64,000 nt of DNA, from the NCBI GenBank assembly GCA_964383385.1, contig CAYLGW010000006.1, positions 21,113 through 85,112 on the forward strand. The letters are read 5' to 3'. A program made the position numbers and the translations under genes. Below the pieces are notes generated by a model that did no database searches, had not been told where the DNA came from, and worked only from the letters and a program-made list of their open reading frames with translations. This document shows, in pieces, positions 9,292-17,089 of this stretch; within the stretch, counting starts at the first letter, position 1, and every line of letters starts with the position of its first letter. This stretch comes from an uncultured Muribaculaceae bacterium. GTDB lineage: Bacteria; Bacteroidota; Bacteroidia; Bacteroidales; UBA932.

Positions 9292-9987
9292 ATGAAACGG
9301 CCTTATAAATTATTATTTACATTATCAGTTATTTTTTTAATCTATGTGGAGAGCTCTGCGCAGGAGATAAAAAGTGAACGTCTTTTTGAGGGGAAGGGGC
9401 TATACGGCTATATGAACGGAGGCTCCGATTTATACTACGAGTATAATTTTATAAAACTAACAGTTAAAGAGATAGCATATGAAGGGCATAAATACACAAT
9501 GGAAATTTATAGTATGGACTGCCCCAAAAACGCATACGGCCTCTATTCTATTCATATATTTAAACCGTTACGTATAGATACACTCATCGCCGGCGGATTC
9601 GATTGCCTTTCTCAATATGAATTGCAAGCGGCCGCAGGTGATGAATATATTTCAATTGTCTTTACCGAGGGGCTTCCGGCGGCAAAAGGAGCCGATTCTC
9701 TTTTGCTCAAATATCTTAAAAGCAAACAAAACAACTTGCAAAAAGAGACAGATTACAGTTCAACCAAAAAAGAGCTCCTTACAGCTGAAAATAGTCTATT
9801 CCCGCCTGAGATAAGAACTCTCTCGAAGCCCTTCTCAGGCAGATTAAAATATGCAAGGGGACCACTTGCTCTCTCTAATATAGACGAAGAGAGTGCTGAT
9901 AAGTACCCCGACATTGGCACCTCCTACGGGATATGGATCTACTCTGAGCAGGGTAAAGAGGATATTCTAATTAAAGAGAACTTTTAA
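9292..9987 (+). CDS. secreted hypothetical protein
   Basis: The ATG at 9292 gives a clean signal peptide (MKRPYKLLFTLSVIFLIYVESSAQE). The longer ORF-track start at 9244 is a GTG. I recognise no motif. Confidence 0.5.
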   Translation: MKRPYKLLFTLSVIFLIYVESSAQEIKSERLFEGKGLYGYMNGGSDLYYEYNFIKLTVKEIAYEGHKYTMEIYSMDCPKNAYGLYSIHIFKPLRIDTLIAGGFDCLSQYELQAAAGDEYISIVFTEGLPAAKGADSLLLKYLKSKQNNLQKETDYSSTKKELLTAENSLFPPEIRTLSKPFSGRLKYARGPLALSNIDEESADKYPDIGTSYGIWIYSEQGKEDILIKENF

Positions 9988-12691
9988 AAGATAATTTCAA
10001 TTTAATTAAACGGCCGGCAAAATCGTTTATATATATTACTTCGCCATCAGATGATGCAGGAGTAGGAGAAGTTGTTTGTGCCGGATACGCCGATACAGGA
10101 CCGGCCAATATTGGAACTCCCAAATTCAACCGATTCACAAAAATACCTGTTTTCGCCTCAACCGCATATAAATAACCGTCATTTGCTCCAAAATAACATA
10201 TTCCGCCAATTATCAGACATGAACCGGTAACTGTCTGCTGAAAATCCTTTGAATAGGGCACCGTATAAATACGAGACGGATTGGTTTTAAAATTCCAAGC
10301 TTGTGCAAAATTCTTACTCATATCCAAAGCTACAACACCCTCGTTTGCCGTACCGAAAATGAGCAAACTATCATAAATAACAGGCTTCAAAGAGCCATTG
10401 ACATACATTTCCCCGGGCAAATTAAAATTCTTAAGAATCTTCCCTGTCTCCGGCTCCACTAGAGAAACACTCTTTTCTCCAATGCAAACAAAAACCGAAT
10501 CGCTCCCGACTCTTCCAGAACCATCATAACCCACACCGCCGATAATATCATTTGTTGCTACATGGACCTCCTTTTTACTCGCGAGTATCGGGGTACTATT
10601 TGCAAATTTCTGTTCTGGCCCCAATAAACTCCAAATGACCTCGCCTGTCTTTGAATTTAGCGCAAAACGGCCGCGCCAATAGCCAATAGAGAGCAGAATG
10701 CCCTGTTTAACAACTATATCCGCCACAGAAACTATCCCATTATGCCACGCACTTTTCCAAATAATTTTTCCCGTAGCTGTATCTACACCCTTCAAACTCC
10801 CCACCGCTCCGGCATAGACCATTCCATTATTAACACATACCCCCATATTAAAAGTCTGCTGCGGAGAGTCTTGCAACGAGACCCGCCAATTCAACTTGCC
10901 CGTAGCGGCATTGATAGAATACAGTTGATGCATAACATCACAAACGAAAATAGCCCCATTATCGAGCACGAACCTATTTTTTACGGAATTATCTGTCTTA
11001 AAGAACCATTTAAGACTCTCCTTCTCTCTATCAAAAGCATAAATACCGCAACGCTCATTATTATCATCATCGGCAGCTCCCATATAGATTGTAGAAGAGG
11101 AGATAACAGGCTCAGCAAAAAAGCAAAAGGCACCCGTACTTATCACCTTCTCAACATTCAGGTATCCCGACACATTTTTATTTTCGGCCAAACCCCTACG
11201 GTTTTCAATGCGCCTTATCACCTTATCACCATTAGCAAAAACTGCCTCCAGCTTATAACCGGTAAAATCATCTATGCCGACCGGAACAACCCCTTCTCTA
11301 ACCATAGCCCCCTTTTGAACAAGAGGATAACGACTCCCATCCGGAGCAACAACAGTAGCAGATTTTGTATCACTTGAGGTATCATAAACAATTGAACTTA
11401 TATGAGTTGCACAAGAGGAATACTCTTTCCCTCCAATCCCATTCCTCTCTATTTTATCTGCTCTGCTTGCAATGGCAACAGCACTATTTTGAAAATTGGA
11501 ATAGCGAAGCTCGCTCCGTATATTACCTTTTTCATCGAATGTCAAAACCCTATAACTCGATGGTGTATGCTCCGTTCCTCCCTTATTCGGAGAACATGTA
11601 CAAAACATTCTAACCCCATTCTTTGTGGTGTTGGCAAGATTAACATGATGATGTCCATATATATAACCCTTAAGATTATATCTTTTCATCTCTATGCTAT
11701 CTGTTTTACCTATCATATTAAACTCCTTATCATATCCGATAATCATGTGACAAAAAATAATTATCGGAGTCCCCTCAGGCAAAAGAGACAAATCCTTTTT
11801 CATCCAAGCATATATCTTGTCGTAATCATAAAAGGTTTTCTTATCGCCAAAAGGAACAGGCAGAGATAAAAAATGAACTCCGGCAGCATTAAACGAATAA
11901 TAAGCAGGTCCGAAACACTGTTCATATAATTGCTCACCATAATCTCCGTCCACAAGATCATGATTCCCGACTGTAAAATATGAAGTTATTCCCAAAGCCT
12001 TTGAGTTGAGATAATCCCTATGCAGTTTCAATCCCTTCTCATAGCAGATATCTCCTGAAAAGAGTATAAAGGCCGCCTCGTTTTCGGCAGCATAATCCTT
12101 AATCTCATCTACCCAATCTTTATATATTCGTGCCTCGGTATCGGATAAATGCACAAATTTACGTGGCTGATTATTATATTCTTCGAGAGCAAAATCCACA
12201 CGTACAGGTCCATTTGCTCTTTTTTTATCAATATTGGGCCTCTTTTTTATCTCCTCTAAACCGCGATAAAAATCACCTCTGCTTTTATAGTAACTCGGAA
12301 CCGAAATATTCAAAACATGAGCATCGGGATTAATCTCAATAGAATACTTGCCCTCTGCATCAGTCACGGCAACACAATACCCATCAGAAACAGCAACACC
12401 GGAAACCCCCTTTTCGCCTGCAACACCCTCTGCGGCCAGATCGAGAACTCCGTTCTTATTCAAATCATTAAAGACATATCCCGATATTTTCAGAGGCTTC
12501 ACCTCTCTATTTTTACTGCGCACTACGCCTAAATTATCTCCGGTAAAAGCAGTTGCAGCACTTGCCTCTCCAAAAAAACAAAGTGTTGCAAACAAAATCG
12601 CAATAGAGAAGTTGAAAATACGCAGAGGCCCCCTTGGAAGGAGCTTACAACAGGATTCGTTAATTGGGGGAAAAATGATGGTATTATCCAC
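9971..12691 (-). CDS. secreted multidomain protein: SdrD-B/MetallophosN-like domain, calcineurin-like metallophosphoesterase, PQQ-like beta-propeller repeats
   Basis: GYVFNDLNKNGVLD...DAEGKYSI; metallophosphoesterase motifs (FVHLSDTE, SGDICY, VGNHD, GHHH); the C-terminal half has repeated GxxYxxxxxGKxxW propeller blades. Confidence 0.68.
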   Translation of the reverse strand: MDNTIIFPPINESCCKLLPRGPLRIFNFSIAILFATLCFFGEASAATAFTGDNLGVVRSKNREVKPLKISGYVFNDLNKNGVLDLAAEGVAGEKGVSGVAVSDGYCVAVTDAEGKYSIEINPDAHVLNISVPSYYKSRGDFYRGLEEIKKRPNIDKKRANGPVRVDFALEEYNNQPRKFVHLSDTEARIYKDWVDEIKDYAAENEAAFILFSGDICYEKGLKLHRDYLNSKALGITSYFTVGNHDLVDGDYGEQLYEQCFGPAYYSFNAAGVHFLSLPVPFGDKKTFYDYDKIYAWMKKDLSLLPEGTPIIIFCHMIIGYDKEFNMIGKTDSIEMKRYNLKGYIYGHHHVNLANTTKNGVRMFCTCSPNKGGTEHTPSSYRVLTFDEKGNIRSELRYSNFQNSAVAIASRADKIERNGIGGKEYSSCATHISSIVYDTSSDTKSATVVAPDGSRYPLVQKGAMVREGVVPVGIDDFTGYKLEAVFANGDKVIRRIENRRGLAENKNVSGYLNVEKVISTGAFCFFAEPVISSSTIYMGAADDDNNERCGIYAFDREKESLKWFFKTDNSVKNRFVLDNGAIFVCDVMHQLYSINAATGKLNWRVSLQDSPQQTFNMGVCVNNGMVYAGAVGSLKGVDTATGKIIWKSAWHNGIVSVADIVVKQGILLSIGYWRGRFALNSKTGEVIWSLLGPEQKFANSTPILASKKEVHVATNDIIGGVGYDGSGRVGSDSVFVCIGEKSVSLVEPETGKILKNFNLPGEMYVNGSLKPVIYDSLLIFGTANEGVVALDMSKNFAQAWNFKTNPSRIYTVPYSKDFQQTVTGSCLIIGGICYFGANDGYLYAVEAKTGIFVNRLNLGVPILAGPVSAYPAQTTSPTPASSDGEVIYINDFAGRLIKLKLSFKSSL

Positions 12692-12693
12692 CT

Positions 12694-13650
12694 CTACAGA
12701 TTAAGTTTTTTGGGATCAACATGCAAAAGCATATCGTCAACCATCTTGCTTAAATCCCATTTAGGATTCCATCCCCACTCCTCACGAGCAGCACTATCGT
12801 CCATACAATCAGGCCAGGATGCGGCAATTTTCGCCTTTACCGGGTCAATATTATATTTATGAGTAAAATCAGGAATACGTTTTCTGATCTCAGCAAAAAT
12901 CTGCTCCGGAGTAAAACTCATAGAGGCAATATTGAAACTATTTCTGTGTCTTAACTTGGCAGGATCCGCCTCCATTAGTTGAGTAGTAGCCTCAAGAGCA
13001 TCCGGCATATAAATCATATCCATATAGGAATCCTCAGGAACCTCGCAATTATACTTATGCTCACTCTTTGCATGATAAAATACCTCCACTGCATAATCGG
13101 TTGTACCGCCGCCGGGAAGTGCACCATATGAGATAATGCCAGGGAATCTGACACTTCTTGTATCCACCCCGAATTTCGTAAAATAGTAGTCACTTAATAA
13201 CTCACCTGAAACCTTACACACACCGTAAATTGTATTAGGACGCATTACCGTATCCTGAGGAGTTTTAAAATGAGGAGTATTATCTCCGAAAGCGCCAATT
13301 GAACTTGGTGTAAACAGAGCGCAATTAAACTCTTTTGCAATATTCAAGGAGTTGATTAAAGCTCCCATATTAATATTCCATGCAAGTTGAGGGTTTTTCT
13401 CACCCGTTGCAGACAAAAGAGCAACAAGATTATAAATTGCATCTATCTTGTATTTTTTAACTATCTCTGCATAAGTCCCTGCATTAAGAGCATCCACCGG
13501 AACAGCCTGCGAAAATTTAGACAGTTTCTCCACCATCTCCGGCTTAAGATCAGCTGCTATTACATTGTCTTCACCGTAATTATTCTGCAGGTGAGGTACT
13601 AACTCTGTACCTATCTGTCCGCCTGCTCCAACTACCAATATTCTTTTCAT
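12694..13650 (-). CDS. tdh: L-threonine 3-dehydrogenase, GalE-like short-chain type
   Basis: Rossmann motif VVGAGGQIG. Collinear with animal and bacterial GalE-type TDH (PSSIGAFG, TIYGVCKV, FPGIISY..PGGGTTDYAVE, SMSFTPEQ, ASWP...D.AREEWGW). Confidence 0.75.
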   Translation of the reverse strand: MKRILVVGAGGQIGTELVPHLQNNYGEDNVIAADLKPEMVEKLSKFSQAVPVDALNAGTYAEIVKKYKIDAIYNLVALLSATGEKNPQLAWNINMGALINSLNIAKEFNCALFTPSSIGAFGDNTPHFKTPQDTVMRPNTIYGVCKVSGELLSDYYFTKFGVDTRSVRFPGIISYGALPGGGTTDYAVEVFYHAKSEHKYNCEVPEDSYMDMIYMPDALEATTQLMEADPAKLRHRNSFNIASMSFTPEQIFAEIRKRIPDFTHKYNIDPVKAKIAASWPDCMDDSAAREEWGWNPKWDLSKMVDDMLLHVDPKKLNL

Positions 13651-13852
13651 TTATAATGTTTTTTGATTCGTTCAAACCCTTTTAATGGAATAGATAACGT
13701 TTTATAGTTATTTTATTAAATTTTGTTACAATAATTAACAAATTTACATATTTATTTTAAAAAATAAAATCGGTCGCAAAAATAATTAAATTAGATTAAA
13801 GTTGAACAGCTAACGCCAATATAAATTACTATTTTTGTAAATAAAAAAGGCA

Positions 13853-14842
13853 ATGTCCGCAGAGAACAAATGGATATGGAACAGGACCAAAGTATTGGCA
13901 GAGGAGTTAAATTTTTCAGCCTGCGGTTGTACAAAGGCCACTGAGGTTTCGGAAACAACTATTGACCGCTATAATGAACGGCTCAGCAAAGGCTATTTTG
14001 CAGAGATGTCCTATCTGAAACGTAACTGCGAAAAACGATTCAACCCCACGCTGCTTGAAGGGGGAACGCAAAGTCTTCTCCTATTTCTGGCCCCATTCGG
14101 AGAGAATAAATACATTGTTAAGAGCCCCTCTAAAGAGCAGGAAGAGAATAAAAGTACGGAAATTGAGAAAAAAAGAGAAGCGAAAATTTCTCAATATGCT
14201 ATGGGGCAAGATTATCACAAAGTCATTAAGGATAAATTATTTTACATTCTTAAAGCACTCCGTGAGGAGGACCCGAGCATTAAAGGCCGCCCCTTTGTAG
14301 ACTCCGCTCCTCTTCTTGAACGCTACTGGGCTGCAAGAGCCGGGCTCGGCTTCATAGGCAAAAACAACTTTCTGATAAGCCCGGAATGCGGCATAAGAAA
14401 CTTTATCGGGGTACTATGCCTCAATAAAGAGCTCCCATACAGTACCCCGATATTTTTTACCTCACCCAATAAACAGAATTATGAAAAGGAATATTGCATA
14501 ACAAACGAGTCTGCATTAAAGAGAAACAGTAAAATTGATTGCGGGGAGTGCGACAGATGTCTCAAAGCCTGCCCCACAGGGGCGTTAGAAGGGCCATATA
14601 TGCTTAATGCCAACAAATGCACCTCTTATCTCACGATTGAGGCGACATATCGGGAAAACGCCCAAAAACAAGCACAAAAGGGAACAATAAAGAGATTCGA
14701 TCTGCTCTCTATGCCCAACGAGGCACAAGCCGTAAACGGGTGGCTATTCGGATGCGATGAATGTATGAATGCCTGCCCATGGAATAGCAAAAACAGGCCA
14801 TCATGGAGCGAGTTTCTAAAAGATGCGAAGGAAAATAAATAA
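13853..14842 (+). CDS. queG: tRNA epoxyqueuosine(34) reductase
   Basis: QueG motifs: YAMGQDYHKV, GLGFIGKNN, CGECDRCLKACPTGA, CTSYLTIE, GCDECMNACPWN. Confidence 0.85.
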   Translation: MSAENKWIWNRTKVLAEELNFSACGCTKATEVSETTIDRYNERLSKGYFAEMSYLKRNCEKRFNPTLLEGGTQSLLLFLAPFGENKYIVKSPSKEQEENKSTEIEKKREAKISQYAMGQDYHKVIKDKLFYILKALREEDPSIKGRPFVDSAPLLERYWAARAGLGFIGKNNFLISPECGIRNFIGVLCLNKELPYSTPIFFTSPNKQNYEKEYCITNESALKRNSKIDCGECDRCLKACPTGALEGPYMLNANKCTSYLTIEATYRENAQKQAQKGTIKRFDLLSMPNEAQAVNGWLFGCDECMNACPWNSKNRPSWSEFLKDAKENK

Positions 14843-14908
14843 TAACAGGATAATCTTAAACAGAAGCAACATAGTTAAAAGGTAAAAAAAGGGCATAAAT
14901 GCCATCAC

Positions 14909-15853
14909 TTGAATCTTAACGCGAAGATGAAAGCAATGAACACCCACACAACAACGAAGAGAAACACAGAGGAGAAAATAGTTCTGCTCGGCTCCTGCTT
15001 TGCAAACGAAATCGGGAAAAAGCTGCAGGAAGAAGAGAACAATGTCTGCATCAATCCTTTCGGCACACTCTTCAATCCTGTCTCTATTGCAACCTCCATT
15101 GAGAGGCTCTCGAGCGGGAAACCCTTCACAAAAGAAGAGGTTATTGAGTCTCTGTACGGATACACACAAAGTACAGACAATAAGGGTAACACAACAAGAA
15201 CTCCGGTAATAAAATATGGCAGTTTTTATCATTATACGCTCTTCTCAAAGGAGAGTCCGGAGAAATTCCTGGAATATGCCAACAAAAAACTACTCGAGGA
15301 TTCCGCCTTTTTTAAAGCCGCAAATACGGTCATAATCACACTCGGCACTGCATGGGTATTCAGGTACATTGCTAATGGTATGATAGTCTCTAACTGCCAC
15401 AAAAAACCGGCAAAAGAGTTCAGCAGGGAGTTCCTCGATTTGCAAAAATGTGTCGAGGTAGTGAAAAAGATGCTTTTTACCTCCTCAGGAGCTTTAAAGT
15501 ACCCCGACAAAAAATTCCTCTTTACCGTAAGCCCTGTCCGGCACCTTGCAGACGGTGCTCATGGTAACCAATTGAGCAAAGCAACGCTTCTGCTCGCAAT
15601 AGATGAATTGCAGAGATATTGCGAAAGGGCCGGCGAGAATAGCATAAAGTACCCTGCTTCAGACAAAAAGGGCAAAACAGAATTGATAAATACAAACGAT
15701 AATCACAAGATAATAAGCTACTTCCCTGCATACGAAATAATGATAGACGAACTGAGAGATTACAACTATTATGCAGAAGACCTTATCCATCCAAATCAGG
15801 AGGCGATTAACTACATTTACAAGCGTTTCAAAGAATGGGCGAAAATGAAATAA
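14909..15853 (+). CDS. GSCFA-domain protein
   Basis: Eponymous LLGSCFANEIG motif near the N-terminus, and a C-terminal DLIHPN motif. The start codon is uncertain. Confidence 0.72.
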   Translation: MNLNAKMKAMNTHTTTKRNTEEKIVLLGSCFANEIGKKLQEEENNVCINPFGTLFNPVSIATSIERLSSGKPFTKEEVIESLYGYTQSTDNKGNTTRTPVIKYGSFYHYTLFSKESPEKFLEYANKKLLEDSAFFKAANTVIITLGTAWVFRYIANGMIVSNCHKKPAKEFSREFLDLQKCVEVVKKMLFTSSGALKYPDKKFLFTVSPVRHLADGAHGNQLSKATLLLAIDELQRYCERAGENSIKYPASDKKGKTELINTNDNHKIISYFPAYEIMIDELRDYNYYAEDLIHPNQEAINYIYKRFKEWAKMK

Positions 15854-15888
15854 TAGAAGATCGGGACTCCTATACAAATACAATTTAT

Positions 15889-16761
15889 TTATAAAAAATT
15901 GACTGTTTCCTGCTGCAAATCACTCAGTAGATTATTTATAAGGCGATCGGCCCCAATTCTAAAATAACGCGGTGTAAGCCATTCCTTGCCAAGAATCATC
16001 TCTACAATAGCAAGATAACACAATGCATCCTTTGCGGTTGTAATTCCGCCGGTGGCCTTAAAACCCACCATTTTGCCTCTCTTATTATAAAATTCCTTTA
16101 TAGATTGGCACATTACTATTGCAGCCATCGGAGTGCACGCAGTCTCCTGTTTGCCTGTGGAGGTCGTAATAAAATCCGCACCCGCCTCCATTGCAAGGAA
16201 TGATGCCGACGCAATATTATCGGGAGTGAATAGCATCCCGGTTTCAAGAATGACCTTAAGAATAACCTTCTCCCCAAGATCGCACTTAATATCCTTTATC
16301 TCTTGAGATGCTCTCTCCAAATCTCCATCAAAAAAGGCATTGAGCGCAAGAACAATATCTATCTCGTTCGCTCCGTTTTGTACAGCCAATTTGCACTCCA
16401 TTCTTTTTACCTCAGGAAAACTCTGAGAAGTTGGGAAGGAACCGGCCACTGTGGTAATATCAACCCCTGAAACTGTAAGAGTATCATTTACAAACTTTCC
16501 AAAATTCGGATATACACATATAGATGCAGGAGAGGGATAATTGGGATAATGAATAGTGAATTCATTCACTTTTTGAGTGATTGAGATAATTTTAAAGGGC
16601 GTATCATTTGAATTTAAAGAGGTATAATCGGTATACCCTATACATGATGATAAATTGTGAGGAGTGACATAATTTACTAGATTGCTTTGAATATTAGATA
16701 AGATTTTGCCAATATTTCCCATGTCAGGTTCATATCCAAATCTCTCAGTAATCTTTTTCAT
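15889..16761 (-). CDS. deoC: deoxyribose-phosphate aldolase
   Basis: GANEIDIVL, KVILETG, FITTSTGK (Schiff-base Lys context), GFKATGGI. The ORF-track start at 16821 is a TTG inside a GC-rich leader; the ATG at 16761 (or 16791) is preferred. Confidence 0.8.
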   Translation of the reverse strand: MKKITERFGYEPDMGNIGKILSNIQSNLVNYVTPHNLSSCIGYTDYTSLNSNDTPFKIISITQKVNEFTIHYPNYPSPASICVYPNFGKFVNDTLTVSGVDITTVAGSFPTSQSFPEVKRMECKLAVQNGANEIDIVLALNAFFDGDLERASQEIKDIKCDLGEKVILKVILETGMLFTPDNIASASFLAMEAGADFITTSTGKQETACTPMAAIVMCQSIKEFYNKRGKMVGFKATGGITTAKDALCYLAIVEMILGKEWLTPRYFRIGADRLINNLLSDLQQETVNFL

Positions 16762-16973
16762 ATTATTTTTTAATTTAATATTAAATAGCATATTATATTC
16801 AGCTACCTTCTCCGCCCCCAAGGCCCTTCCTTCCGCCGCTTATGGCAAAGCCCCCCTTTTGACTTGAACTATTTCACCTCATTCTCGGGCGAGGTGCAGC
16901 TCTATTTAGCACTTATTCCTATACTTGTACCTATTTCATACTACAAAATTGCAGAAAAAAGCAAGAGTGTTAG

Positions 16974-17011
16974 GTATCAAATCTGCACAATAAAGTATCA
17001 AATCTGCACAA
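16974..17011. repeat. tandem direct repeat: 2 x 17 bp (GTATCAAATCTGCACAA) separated by 4 bp
   Basis: Exact copies at 16974-16990 and 16995-17011. They lie between the terminator of the TPR/AraC regulator gene and deoC. Confidence 0.9.
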
Positions 17012-17021
17012 ATAACGAAAA

Positions 17022-17050
17022 AGCGCCGACAAGAATATTCTGTCGGCGCT
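17022..17050 (-). terminator. rho-independent terminator of the TPR/AraC regulator gene
   Basis: 10-bp perfect stem (AGCGCCGACA/TGTCGGCGCT) with a 9-nt loop. On the minus strand it is followed by TTTTCGTTATTT. Confidence 0.7.
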
Positions 17051-17089
17051 CCTAAAGCTAAAAATAAGACTCCTTCTCTCTCGTATTTT

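Noticed and set aside
10742-11377. Long antisense ORFs lie inside clear genes (also 5435-5923, 6779-7330, 11402-11869, 12348-12704, 14816-15232, 22539-22955, 25733-26116, 30425-30919, 33726-34058, 40065-40517, 55465-55914).
   Set aside because: Each lies entirely within a strongly supported gene on the opposite strand, has low-complexity or Cys/Ile/Leu/Ser-rich composition, and shows no recognisable motif. These are shadow ORFs.
16826-16850. A CGGAAGGAAG string on the minus strand resembles the conserved apical motif of bacterial SRP (4.5S) RNA.
   Set aside because: The flanking arms are both G-rich and cannot pair into the long SRP hairpin, and the symmetric-loop nucleotides do not line up. 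It is treated as part of the unexplained GC-rich deoC leader instead.
16864-17055. A plus-strand 63-aa ORF covers the deoC upstream spacer.
   Set aside because: It runs through the terminator hairpin and the 17-bp direct repeats (which produce the repeated YQICT peptide). It is an artefact of non-coding repeats.
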